A stretch of 64,000 bases of DNA, filler included, from Sphacelaria rigidula (Eukaryota), in the NCBI GenBank assembly GCA_964200075.2. It is 7 parts of 7 records of this genome, joined end to end, with 100 filler letters (N's around TTAATTAATTAA, not from the genome) between each part and the next. Parts side by side here need not be neighbours in the genome. Positions count along the whole stretch, not along the records: positions 18,319 to 27,377 come from CAXNAA020009409.1; positions 27,478 to 36,535 come from CAXNAA020009410.1; positions 36,636 to 45,693 come from CAXNAA020009411.1; 4 more parts are not named here. One strand, 5' to 3'. The translations under genes and the position numbers were made by a program. The notes under the pieces are model-generated. The model was given only the letters and a program-made list of their open reading frames with translations, made no database searches and was not told the DNA's origin. Shown piece after piece: positions 25,082-37,569 of the stretch (within the stretch, counting starts at the first letter, position 1; each line of letters opens with the position of its first letter).

Positions 25082-26366
25082 AAGCGGACAAACGGAGCAA
25101 ACTAAAGAGCGCCACGAAAAAAAATGAAGAAAGAAACTAAGCAAAAAAAAGGAGACAAGTAGATGACAAAATATGAAGATGAAAATGTTTTGAAGAAAAA
25201 AACTTTATGGTCGGCCTCTGCAGCATGGGTTCAGGTGAAAAAGACCCCGCGCAAAAAACACGTGCATGCATACAAAGAAAACGAAAGGCCGTGGAAATAG
25301 ATTGTAGCTCAGCTATGTTGGCTGTACGCTTTGGGTATGAGCTTTCGTCCGTGAGCTCCACGAAAGCAAGGCACCAGACTGCTACTTGTGAAAAACAAAA
25401 ATTGACGTTATATACGAGACAGTTGCTGATAGTAAAGTACTGGCCAGTTACACGAAGAGATGTGACGCTGCGGCCATAATCGATATCCAACACCATGCAG
25501 TATTGTGGATTTGATGTTGGAATCGCTCCCCGCACCCCCGACCTGTCTAAATCGCAAAAGCAGACTCTGACGCCGGGAGCGCGTCGGATTCCGAAGACGA
25601 ATACTCCGCGCCTTCCAAGCCTGGCCGGAACGGCCAAAATAGCAACAAGAGCCGACGTGGTGCCGGCGGCGACGTGATGGTGCGAGAACGGGGCGAAGAC
25701 GGCACTAGCGTAGTCGATCTACTCGACGCCTCAATGGTCCGTAACATGAAAGTCTCTCGGGGTACATCGGGTCACAAGAACAACAGAACCTACGGCGAAG
25801 ATTCCGAATTCGACACAGATATGGACACGGACGGAGAAGATGGCCCGGAGCTCGGTCTCAAGAACGGTAAATTTGTTATCCCCGACGATGACTCCGACAG
25901 CGAAGACTCGGATGACAACGACAGATCAAACGGCCGCGGCGGTGGCAAGAAGAAGCGCTCCCGGGACGATGACGACGGGATTATCGACACTGGCAAAGAC
26001 GACCAAGGGTTTATCCATGTCGCCGGCCGCCGGGCACGCGCTCGAGAGGAGGGGCGGGCAGGTGGAGTGGACCGCGGGTTGGCAGCAGCGGCAAGTGATA
26101 AGCGACAGAAAACTGGGGCTGGGACTGTGCGGGGAACGGCGACGGGAGCTGAGTTCCGATCCAAGAAGGCCGGGGGTGATGTAAAACGGAAGGGCGCCAA
26201 GCTGGAGCCGTACGCGTACATCCCTCTCGATGGTAGGACGTTGACCGGCAAGAAATCTGGCGGCGAGGCGCTCAAGCAGTATGGTGCCGTTGTCCGGGCG
26301 GGCGGGCGGGGAAAGAAGGGCTACCAGCAGCGACGGGGTGGTGGACAACAAAAGAAACATAAATGA
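18882..26366 (+). CDS. RRP12: RRP12-like ribosome biogenesis protein (NUC173/HEAT repeats), 6 exons, ~1396 aa
   Basis: Exons 18882-20000, 20463-21695, 22493-22630, 23594-24211, 24465-24744, 25564-26366, all GT-AG and phase-compatible. Motifs: SPTEYLATILSAL, DRRSKVRRSA, MGAERVLSVLPL, RAWLLPLL, QLWGLLPGFC, LQKRAYKVL, EVVLCTKDSN, REVVKAVLG, KLCRKFG, and C-terminal GAEFRSKKAGGDVKRKGAKLEPYAYIPL. Confidence 0.93.
21833..22198. mobile_element. hAT-like MITE in RRP12 intron 2
   Basis: TIRs CAGGGTTATA...TATAACCCTG. 8-bp TSD GTGCGTTC / GTGCGTTT (7 of 8 match). Confidence 0.85.
22781..23501. mobile_element. Degenerate member of the CGAGCTGGGCC-TIR element family in RRP12 intron 3
   Basis: TA|CAACATGGGCCAGCTTGAA ... 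TTCGGGTTGGCCCAGCTCG|CA. Confidence 0.45.
25052..25076. repeat. (TA)n microsatellite in RRP12 intron 5
   Basis: Directly visible. Confidence 0.9.
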
Positions 26367-27377
26367 ATAATTTATTTATTTATTTTCTTCCAGTAGTCCT
26401 TCTTGGTCGTATTTCAGTCCCCGGCGCTTTCGCTTGCCACAGGGAATGGGTTGTGATCTTAACTGCGTCGTTTCATGACTTTTTTTTTCCGTTGCGTTTG
26501 TCATTGTCCGATATCAAAAAGGCGGAATGGAATATTTTTTCAGGGGAATCGCTTTTCCGACCGTTGAATCCCCGCTCTTCTGACAAAGTCGTGTAGCTCT
26601 TCTGACAAAGTCGTGATTGTAGCGTCGATACTGCCAGCATATCTGCTTCACCTGTTCGGAGTGCTCCTCTTGTCTATTCATCACCCATCTCGCTCCAGTG
26701 ATTTCATTTCTGTTTTGCACAGCGAGTCTTGAATATGGTATCCGCTCTGGGTTGATGAGGCATGGTGGTACGGGAGTAATGATGGTCAAAATGTAGTTCT
26801 GGAGTTATTGAAGCATTTTTGGGTTGATTCTAAGAGACCGTGACGTTGACCGTGCAGGACAGGCCGATGATTTGCAGCGTTTGATCATATACTGTTTGAG
26901 TAGCTCGGCAGATGAGAAACTAGTCCATGGCTATCTATGGATTATCCTGTTTTGGTTTGTCATTTTTCTTGAGCCTGACACTTGGGAGGGGGGTCATCTG
27001 AGCCCTCAGTCCATTTTTCAGGTGAAATCGTGAGGACGGAACCGACGATCACCCGTGGCGGGCGGCCGAAGGGTAGGGTTGACCCGTTAATCTCTGGAGC
27101 GAGCGTTCTGAGTCGGAAACTTATTTTTCGAGTCGGAATGATGCCGACTTCAATAGCTTGCCCACCGTGGCCGTGGAAAGGTAAACCCTTTGAGCGCCGG
27201 GCCTCGTTTTCGTGCAGTATATTCGGAGGACAGTCCCGCCGAAGAAGTGTGCATCATGTCGTAATATAACATTTGTAATAAATACTTGATGATTGTCTCA
27301 GGAGGTCCAACCTAGTGGCGTGATCCCCCCCCCCCACACGCGGCCCACCCTCAGACCGCCGACCCGCCCCGCACATG

Positions 27378-27477
27378 NNNNNNNNNNNNNNNNNNNNNNN
27401 NNNNNNNNNNNNNNNNNNNNNTTAATTAATTAANNNNNNNNNNNNNNNNNNNNNNNNNNNNNNNNNNNNNNNNNNNN
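27378..27477. other. Artificial contig spacer
   Basis: N44-TTAATTAATTAA-N44. Confidence 0.98.
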
Positions 27478-27644
27478 GGTGCGGATTGACAAACCGCACC
27501 GTGATAATCCGCAGCGCGGAGCGGATTGTCCTCCGTACACATCCCTGCAAAAAACACCCATTTTTCACTAGAACGCCCAAAGCGATACATTATGTCTTTG
27601 CAATTTTGCCCTCGGGAATGTTTTTCACAAATGAATGTACTGCC

Positions 27645-27948
27645 GCCGCGCACCGGTGGTGTAATGGTCCGACTGTCGCCATTACGGTGGATGGAACGAG
27701 GGTTCTATTCCCGATGCGTTGGGGTTTCTCTTCGTAACGTCTGATTTTCACCGTGGAAAGCGTGAGAACGTGAGTAAATTAAGTCGTCGACTGAGTATAT
27801 CCGACGGGAGTTGACGCGGCGCGGGAGTGCTGACCCAACCCGCGCGACCAAAACGCAAGGCGTGTACCGGGGGAGAGATGGGTTGATCCCTTCAGACCAC
27901 GGACTCATCCCGAGGAAGGGGAGGGGTTCAAAGTGCGACAAAAAAAAA
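27645..27948 (+). mobile_element. tRNA-derived SINE, family A
   Basis: GCCGCGCACCGGTGGTGTAATGG (A box)...GGTTCTATTCCC (B-box-like), poly-A tail; homologous to 5256-5562. Confidence 0.8.
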
Positions 27949-30900
27949 GCAGTGATCATCACTACGAGTCAATACAACACTTTCGACGAACGAGGTTCTA
28001 TTTCTCTGTCGTTTTCTTGATTGATAACCGGTTTTCGGTTATCCTACGGTTCTCGGAGGCGTTGACCAACCTTGAACCACGCGGGACACCCGAAACCGGT
28101 GAACTATAGAAATGCCCGTCATCCATCAAAAGGCTTGTGATGGCCCATTGTGCGTGTATGCAAAATTTCATACTCCAACTCCTGAAAACAGCTTGAAGCT
28201 TTGCGATGAAATGAGCTTGAAACGTGCGAACTCCCAACTACTTGATTTTGATATGAAAAAAAGTTTTTCGGGTACATATTGAGACACGATACGCTAGGTT
28301 TTCGAGTTTCACAACCAAGCCACATACATATGATTGTTGGACCACCCCAGATGAATAAGTTTAACCTGTTTCATTTCGAGCCATTCTGCACCACCTTCCA
28401 AGGGGCTCTTCACGCTGAGACCCCCGGCAGCCGGCGAAAAGCAGTGAAACTATGAATTAGTGTTAACCATACGGTTTGTTCGCATTTGAAGCACCAATAC
28501 CTACGACAATCTGAGCTTTTTCACCACCGAGATGGGGGAACCCTTCCGTGGTCTTTCGCACCATTGATATGTGGCAGTCAGACGACGCCAAACCCCCACA
28601 TCCCCGACAGAAACAAACCCACGGTGTGGGGTATAAATTCGATCCCATATAGTAATCGCTTCAGTATATGTTTTCATGTTAGGTTCCGAGCTGATGTCGA
28701 TCACTACGATGAAAAGTATGTGCAGATCGGGTGAAAATCGAGTTGAGAATTCGTGTTCTCAATATTATAAGAATTTGAGGGGTGCTCATTCACATACTGT
28801 AGGTACCTTTTCGCCCTCAGCGCCATCGCTATGCTTGTCGCCTGCTCTTTGCGATTAGTTTGATACATTGGTTCGACGATTAGGTGGGTATTGCGGAAGG
28901 CATTTGATGACGACACCACTTTGGTTGATAAGTGCGAATAAGGCTCCATTCTATATCAAATTTCAAACCACCATTCGAACTTGTTGTTGTGGTCTTCACA
29001 TTAGGAACCGCTCCGATTTCTGCGCGGTACATTCGTACTGGACATCTGATGCGGATGCCTTCCGTGGTCACAGGCTAGCAAAAAAAAAAAAAAAGATTAA
29101 AGCTCACAAAACGCGATACAAGCAAAACAGGAATAAAGAAGAAAGAAGAAAGGGAGTACATGTGGCTAACCTCAGAAGATTCGGTGCCGCAGGTGGCCAT
29201 TAGGACTTCGGGGGGTGGCACTCGGTTTTCCAACTCGACGCGCGACAAGTAGAAATGAACACTGAACACGAAATACATGTACTTCGAAGTATCAATTATA
29301 GTATGGGGTGTTGTACGCGTCACATCTCTATAGATTACAGATGACTCAGGGGTGGGTACATTGATCGTTTCCCCGTGCCCCAAGGAATCGTCATACCGAA
29401 AATCAGCGCCATCCGCTGATTCCACCATGACGGGGTTTACTCCGCACAGCATTTATCGGTAAGGAGGCATTTGACCGGGCTAATGCGTAAGTGGGCTCCT
29501 GCCCCCAAATCAGAAAATTCACAACATGTGCGGATCACGGCCGAATTCGTCTGCGTCGATGATATATGGCTGTGACAGCTCGAGCTCGTCTTTAGGCTGG
29601 TCCAGCTCATACACACTGCCGAAAAATAATGACCGCCATTTGTTGTCAATTGATGTTAAGCAGGTAATTTCGGTGGCCAAAGTAAGACATGCAGTAGTAC
29701 GGTATATTTTGCAGACAGGCAATACGCTCATCCCAGTGTGCGTGGCAGAACCCGTTCGTGTGTTCCGAGTTCTTGGCAGTCCTGTTGTCCAATATTTGCC
29801 AGCATCGACATGCGTTTCCCACGCGCCGTGCTTCATGTGAGCTACTCTTTCAAAGCACCCTTCAGAGTAGGAATTGATTGCATCATATTTCAGCGGCGTG
29901 AGGTTGCCGTGTTGCAATATTGTGAACTGGTGCACACCACGATCACATCGAACCATTTAGTGAGAGAAAAATCAAATGTGTTCGTCCCAGTAACTCTTTG
30001 CACCCATCCCGTCTCCACTCTACATAGATTGCCCTGTGTCCAGGGCGCTTCCAATTTCAATTTATTTCGGTGTTCGGGATGTTGCCGTCTCGGACTGAAC
30101 CCAGAGTGGTCTCGGCTGGGCCCTCTACTCTAAAATGAAGGTCTACCCGTAACTTATTTTGTATTTACACGTGGTATTCATCTCCTTACGGTAGGTAGTG
30201 GAGGGACTGATGGACTCGTTTCAGTACCAAAACGCCAAGGTACCATCATGTAGATGCTTTGTTTTGAGTTTCGTTCGAATCACTTGTTGCATGAAAAACT
30301 GCCTGTACTGCAGTATGGTTGAGTCCTTGCATTTTTTGCCAAAAACTACGCTCCCCGCACCTCGTACACAGTACAGTTCATGCTAACCAGAGCATGTCGG
30401 TGGCGTTTATTTCCTGCATAATGGTTTTTGAACTGGTGCGGTATACTAGTTCGTACAGCACGGAGCATGCGGCAATACTAGATCGAAAAACTGGTTCACC
30501 ACACCTCCACGTGCAACAACGATGGACTCGCTGGCATCTACTGCGTGCTTTCGAATAAAGCGTCATGGAATATGAGGAGCAATACTGTGACAGGCTGCGA
30601 CAGGGGAGTACAACACTGTAGTGCACAAGCGCGCTGGCACGGTGTCGGCAAGACGAAAACGCTAGCGCGCGTGCTGCTCGAAAAAAACACGCTCTGCCCG
30701 TGTCATTTAATTTAATGTGCTTTATTGAATTCAATGCAGAGGTTACCCTACGGGTGTGGAAACGATAGATACTGTGTGCCAACCGCGGCGCGACGCCTGC
30801 GGCGGTACTATCTGCTCACCGCACAGCAGCAGGGTGCAGGGTGACAAAGCACACACCGCAGAACGTCGCATTCCTAGCCTATCCCTGTCCTGCATTGATT

Positions 30901-32098
30901 TCGCGTTGTCCTACGCAGTTCGCCACATCATGAGTGCAGCCGTTGTACCGCGGTCAGCGTGTACGCAGGATATACACCTCCTCGCCACGCGCTATATTGC
31001 TAAATTGCTACGTCACATTTTGTAAAGCTGTGCGTGTTGCAGCTACAGTGTGCGTTCGCTCTAGGAGGCACACGCAGGAGTAAAAGGTCACCTCCGCCGC
31101 TGTAAGGGCTGCCTGTATCTCGGGCGAAGCTTTAAGGTAACACAGCCGCGGCTGGTGCGCCCACATGTACCGAAAGCTGGAGACCGGCATCCAGAATTGA
31201 TGGGATGACAACGCACGCAGCACACTCGACGTTGCGCAGTACACTTTCAACATCGTGTTCGTACTGTAGATTTTTTTCGTCCATGGTTGGGTACATTTCA
31301 ATGTGTAATGCAGGGGCACTGTAAGTTGATATCGCTAGAAGGACACTGCCATGACCATCTTGCCGGCTGCCCGACTGTCACAGACTGTCAGGGCGTAGGA
31401 TCCGCGAGCAGTGATACTGTCTGTACGGGGGTGCTGCCCCCTTGTCAGGTACGTTTTGGAGCATGATACTCGATGTAGATCATCCTTGTTCATGGGCATC
31501 AAACGCTGGGGGGTTTTACTCAAGACTTCGATTTGGAGGATGGTACTAGGTGGGCAGCGGCAACTACTGTTTGTCCAGGTCCCCCTTGGAGCAGGGTGCG
31601 TTTGGTGTCTGTTTGACGAAGGTATCCCCAAAAAACCGAAATCGATAGGGATTTTACAGTGAAAAAACCTAGCAAAAACACCATCGCAAGAATCCTGACG
31701 CAAAAAAACTACCGCAAGAATCAGGTCGCCAGAGCCCTGAAGCAAAAACGGACTGGTAAGAAAACACTTAGTCGAATTGCAGCAGAAACCAACTTCACTT
31801 TGTGAAATTTGAACAGATCGTCCTACTTTCACCAAAGGCCATGGAGCGATTAGTAACACAGGGCCACTCCGTCCATGAGTAACTGATCCATCGAGTACCA
31901 TCTGGATCGAGGGGGTGGGACTGGAATTACGATTTGCTTTGCGGTATAGTGGATAGGAAATGCACGTTGCAGTCATCACTGTACAACAATGTTCACACGT
32001 CACTGGATTGTCTCACACGATCTACGGCCAAGGCTTGGCAAACAAAAAACGGCAGCAGTCTAGCCCCGACAAGAGTGCATGTAGGCTGTAGCTTTCAC

Positions 32099-32478
32099 CT
32101 GGTGTGTCGAATAGTAGTCACAATGCCCTGCAAAATCCCATATGACTACTTCAAGCGGCTGAGCCGGGTTGGGTCTCCACGGCTGGATGTGCACATCCAC
32201 ACCTCGGGTGCGCTCGCTTTTCGTCGTTGGAGCCGGCCCGCCCCGCAGTAAACCTCTCGTGAGAGTAGTTTTCCCTGCACATACCGCACCAACCAGCACC
32301 ACCTTCAAGTTATGGGAAGTTGTTGCTCCCGACCGTTCCAGCGCCTCGTAGTAGTTGGCGATTTGTGCCCATCCGCCTCGAACAACCTCCTCGGAAGGTT
32401 CACTCCAAGGGTTGTCTGTTAGACGCGCATCCACCCCAGGGATCCGAGCAAACCTCTCAGCGGTAGCCCGTGGTACAC
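32099..32478 (-). CDS. ROCO-family LRR-GTPase: exon encoding the LRR-ROC linker and the N-terminal half of the ROC domain
   Basis: tacag|GT...CACCAG|gtgaaa, 380 nt, encoding LTDNPWSEPSEEVVRGGWAQIANYYEAL, KVVLVGAVCAGKTTL (P-loop), RTRGVDV (switch I) and VVIWDFAGHCDYYSTHQ (G3). Other exons were not confidently located. Confidence 0.9.
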
Positions 32479-33209
32479 CTGTACGCGTTCACAGGAAGGT
32501 TGAAAAGCAATAATCACGTGCTCGAAATTTAATAAAATGAAGTCAAATGTACTGCAACCTGGTTTACAGCAAAGTAGGTGGTTCCAACTAACAATCACTC
32601 ACGGTAAATGCCTAGACCGTCACAACTCGCCAAGATCAGCAACACATTTTCCACCGCAATAATACCGGATATGGAACACATCATCGTGGGCCCAGTCGAG
32701 CGCTAATTTTGTTTTTGCCAGAACACGGACTATACTTCACCAGGACAAGGCTCCGATACATAATTGATAGAGTGGTGACTTCCCAACATGTTCCCTTTCC
32801 AGTAGAGCAGGCTTAGACTCTGCAGACAGGGTAAAACTCTCTCCTGCTGATACAGAGCAGTATTGGGGGGCTTCCGAAACCGATTGAATAGCTATGTACA
32901 GAGAGGTACGGTGAGAGCGCTCGGCATCCTTCTGGTTGCAAAACATACAACAGAGGAGACTTTCTCAGCGCACGAGGGGGAGTGCTCCAAAGTTCATGAT
33001 GCCGGAATGATCTCGCTTCCCATGCGATCAGAGGGCCCTTTCTAGTGACGTGGGCGATGAGAGGCAGGCATAACCTCGCGAGCCCAGCCGAGTAACCGGT
33101 ATTTGTCCTCAACAGCGAACTCGAGCAGCGAACCACGACCGACAATGTATAACCACCTGATCGTTCCCTGAGAGATCGTTGGTGACAGTTCATGCCTTGA
33201 TAGTGTGTT

Positions 33210-34800
33210 CCCACATGGGTTCCACGTATTCCCTCACGCCATCTGGCCCGGAATGACCGTTTATGGTTTCTAATTTTTTTCTTTTCGTCACCATTTCATC
33301 ATCTCCTCAAGACCGAATTTTCGTATTCATAATGTCTTCCATTTCCTTTTTGGTCCTCCCTCTTTTGTCCACCTTTTTCTTGTACCTCGCCTTTTGTTGA
33401 CAGTTTGGTCTATTTGCTCACACCTGTACTTCTTTATCTTTCCCCTTCGCGTTCCCTTCAGCGATTGCTGCCATTGTGATTACCTTGGGCGCGCGTATAC
33501 TGTAATCACGCCTGAATCCCTCGAGGATCACTAAATGCACCGCATTTAATCAGTCAAATCAATCAATGTATCGGATCACGATTCGCTGAGATTTGTCCCC
33601 AAATATATTGCAGCCCAGAGTGAGGCACCTGACAGAACATGGCACAGCTTGGGCTGTAATCGCCATAACACCTGTGAGATTGAATATGCATCGACACTCG
33701 TAGTAAGTCGACAGGTGAAACCTTTTAGAATGCTGTGCTCGCCAAATCTTTCAAATCGCTTGCAGCATCTTGGAACTGATCTCCTGGAGACGGACATCCA
33801 TGCGCACGCTCGGTAAAAAGAATAATATAAACCAGGCGGTACGGTATAAACGATTGGCCTGTGACCAACGAAGTTGCCGTCCTCATAGGTGGTACAACAC
33901 GATGCATATTACTGCGAACATGAGCGCACAACCTATTGAGTTGTCCGTGGAACCATACTGATATCCTTCCGAGATGAACACGTAGGTGGTACATCGAGGA
34001 CCGTCCTCCCTGGAAACCGATGCACTGTGTCCAGACCATGACTTCAACCGCACAACGTATAGCTCCACTACTGAATCAACGCTCTGTTGGGGACATGTAC
34101 AAAGTCGGTACTGAGATGCCGGCTCACATTTGGTATCCTTAAAAAAACTCGCAAAATGCGCCGGACTATCGCCGTACACGTGGGCACCACTGCGAAGCCC
34201 GCTTAGAGGTATACTATAAAACGGCACATCAAAACGGGAACCAAGGCGCTAATCCCAGCATCGATGGTCGCGCCGTGTGTCTGAATATTGACTGCTTCGT
34301 CACCATGACAATATACCACGGCAGCAGTTAATATTTTTCGAGCCTGACACTAAAGCTGTAGTACTTGAGAAACGATACAGGGCGCGCAAGGCAATTCGGG
34401 CGGACGTACAGGCCCACTATCGGGAAATTTCAAAGGTCTCCATCTTCGTCACTTTACATTAGTGTTTCGGCAAGCGATGGTGCGTCCGGGGTGCACGGAT
34501 AAGGACGTCATCTAGCAGACCGGGAGCAATTATCTGGCACTCCAACTTGAGGCCTCAAAGCCCAATTCCACACTCTTCTATTTAACAGTCTTTAACTTTG
34601 ATCGTTCAAATGTTGCGTATGGCCAGGAAAATGTAAAACCTGACACCGTCACATAGTATCAGGGTCATGGTCAGGGTGAGGGTTAGGTGTCTGATTTGGA
34701 AATCCTGGTACTGGGAAGCGCCGCGAACATGTACGCACTAGAAGCACTGCAACCAGCACTTGCTTTCGAGCGGTAGGGTTAGGGTTAGGGGTTAGGGTTA
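33210..34800 (+). repeat. ~1.5-kb block homologous to ~3230-4800 (LINE tail, unknown segment, TTAGGG-containing element)
   Basis: Collinear shared motifs, e.g. AGAGTGAG(A/G)CACCTG, GCCGGACTA..GTACACGTGGGC, GTGCACGGATAAGGAC, CCTGGTACT..GAAGCGCCGC. Confidence 0.75.
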
Positions 34801-36535
34801 GGTGTGTGAATATGATGCAGGTGCGGTAGAACATGGGTTGGTGGGTGAACGCTTCGTCGACTACAAGACGTTTCTCCCGTTCTTACACTCTCCCGCAGTT
34901 CGGAACATTGCGTTGATGTATGGTGAGTCGAGTTAGAGGCAATGGATATTTGGCGTACGAATAGTTTTTTATGGTCGAGAATTTATGTTCAATGGATACA
35001 CTGTCTACCCTGTTCACAACTTTGCAAGACCTTCACCGAAAAACATGAATGCATGTACCGGGGGGGGGGGTTAGTGTGACGAAACAAAACAATACACACT
35101 GCTCAAGCTCACAGTGCCGACAGCTTACGGTGCCGACAGCGAGCACGCACGTCGAGACTGGGTTTCCCGCACTCCTACTGTTGTTCACGTGTGCCTCCAA
35201 TCATGTGACTCGATTGTGTTACACCCGATGAAAATGCAAATCTCCACCAATTGGTGAGTCTTCGTGGTACGAAATAGTATCATACGTGCACCAACACTTC
35301 GCATTTACGACGCCAGCGGAGTAGATACGAGCGAATGAGAAGCACCTATGTGAATTGCGTCATGTAGTACACCTGCACGCGCAAGCGAAAAACGCGTTTG
35401 TGCCTCTAGACCTACGTGATCAACAGCTGACCGTTGCGATGTTCAGCGATGCACCCACGAGACAGAGGTACTCTATCCCAACTTGAAGAACAGCTCTTGA
35501 GCACATTTTGTGACGTTTGTCGATACACTTGAGCCAGCGTGCTACTTCACTCTAAATATTACGATCTGTGACCCTGCGTGCACAACCCACCGCTTTCTCC
35601 GAGTTGTCGATGATACTTCCGCCGGACACATCGACAGTTCATTTGTCCAAGCGTAATGGACGCGGATTTCACGAAAGACTCAGAAGCTACGTTTTCCGAA
35701 AACAGTGTCGAGTTGCGTGCTCCACATGTTGGTCGTTGCCGGGTTTGTAATTGGAAACTAACCGGCAACATGAGTAGTTGTGCGTGCGTGGTTATAGTCT
35801 GTGCGTGTCTCCTCCAAGGTCGGAACGACCTGAAACTTGAGCATAACCAAAAAAGCGACAAAGTATTGCTACTTCAGGCACGACTTCATTACTTTCGTGC
35901 AGAAGCTCCTTGCACAAGTCAGGCTCCAACCTCCTCATTCTGGGCTGTGCGTGCAACTTTCTGTGTGACCCCACTGCTCCCCGTTGGTTTAGCTGATGCA
36001 GAACTCAATGTACAATATGGAGCTCACGAGTTCGACATCACCTGGCAGCAGATTTTCATTTTTGCATCATTTAGTAGAACTTATTCTTGGCATAACCTGA
36101 TTCCCATCTTTGATCTAATTTATTACGCAGAATACTCCTCGACCGAACTTTCTCGCCTCAGCATGGGAAGGGGGATTCACAAAGGCCCATCTCTTATTGA
36201 GCACTTTCACGCTTCCCTGGAGGCCCAGTTGCAATATAGTATAACACCATGAGCCCCCTTTTCAACTGTGAACAAAATCACCGTCGGGGGTTCGATCAAG
36301 AGGAAGCGCTGCAGCCCAGTCCCAATTGGATGAACAAAGTGCTGCCGGTAACTCTCTGTAACTGAACCTCTGGGGAAGGCGAAGAGGACGCCAAGCACGA
36401 CAATTTCTCAAAAATCCGGGTACATTGTTTTTGTTCAAGATCAGCCTGGGGAAAAAAAAGGGGGGGGGGGGGGGGGGGGGGTGGGGGCCGCGGGGGGGCG
36501 GGGGAGGGGCGCTCCGCAACAAACATACAATCGCT

Positions 36536-36635
36536 NNNNNNNNNNNNNNNNNNNNNNNNNNNNNNNNNNNNNNNNNNNNTTAATTAATTAANNNNNNNNN
36601 NNNNNNNNNNNNNNNNNNNNNNNNNNNNNNNNNNN
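36536..36635. other. Artificial contig spacer
   Basis: N44-TTAATTAATTAA-N44. Confidence 0.98.
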
Positions 36636-37183
36636 GGAGGAAAGTGAGAAACGGCCGGGAATGAAGGTGGGTTCATCAGACTGCTGTAATCTTCGATCGG
36701 AATATACTGGTATAGCGAGGGTTTTAGTGTTGGGGGTAGGGTCAGGGGCGCTGTGCCTCCAGGGATCAGCCCGATTGGTTTTGAGAAACGTCGATCCTGA
36801 GGTGTTCTGAACTACGACGCGGTCCCCCAAGCACGTGGTCCTCCCACACATTACAGCAACGACCATCCTCCACTGAAACCATGTCGGTGTGACAGCAGTC
36901 GCCAATCAATTGCGAAGCTGCAGTGGATAGGATGCTACGTGCCTCACCGTTGTTAAAAACAGCGGTATTCCTCTTGTTGGTTTGCGACAGTCGAATTGAA
37001 ACACAGTAGCATTATCTCTCGGCCGGAACTTCTTCGTTTACGAAACCCCGGGTGCAGTTTTGCAGTGGTAACTCATGACCTCCCGCGTCAAAATTGGCCC
37101 TGTATATTGGGGAGCTACGCTTCGGTGAAGCTCAGCAAGCCTTCCAATATCTACTAGCTTGAATCCTCCAGTGCAGGTTTTAC

Positions 37184-37405
37184 TGTAATGCGTGGGAGGA
37201 GCGCGTGCTTAGGGGACCGCTTCCGAATTTGAACATTGCTTTGGTTGGGGTTGGGGTTATGGTTAGGGTCTTAGTGTTGGGGGTAGGGTCAGGGGCGTGA
37301 TCCCTGCAGGGACTGGCCCGACTGGTTTCGAAAAATGTCGATCCTAAGGTGTTTTGAACAACGACACGGTCCCCTAACTAAGCACGCGGCCCTCCCATTC
37401 ATTAT
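37184..37405. mobile_element. TGTAATG-TIR MITE with telomere-like internal tract (another copy at ~36685-36855)
   Basis: TGTAATGCGTGGGAGGA...CCTCCCATTCATTATA; homologous to 41400-41632. Confidence 0.7.
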
Positions 37406-37569
37406 ACTGCAGTGTGTGGGGAAAATTCGAAGCAAGGCCATATCGAATGCTATCTGTTCAAACCGTCCCAATATTTACTGCAGCGACCTCCCAGCGCCTT
37501 GTACATCGCATGGCGAACTTATGTGCGTCAGATGAAGCAAAGTTCCTAGACTACCACACATAAACTCAC

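Noticed and set aside
19297-26360. Antisense and alternate-frame ORFs over RRP12
   Set aside because: Shadow ORFs of GC-rich coding exons.
7913-32478. Single ROCO gene spanning the LRR exon and ROC exon with RRP12 nested inside
   Set aside because: The exons are on different contigs, and on the minus strand the order would be ROC before LRR, the reverse of ROCO architecture.
34775-34802. Telomere (TTAGGG)n
   Set aside because: Only a few units, internal to a contig and embedded in a dispersed repeat.
36260-36370. Degenerate LRR exon (ELPAAL...)
   Set aside because: No frame gives the LxxLxLxxNxL pattern.
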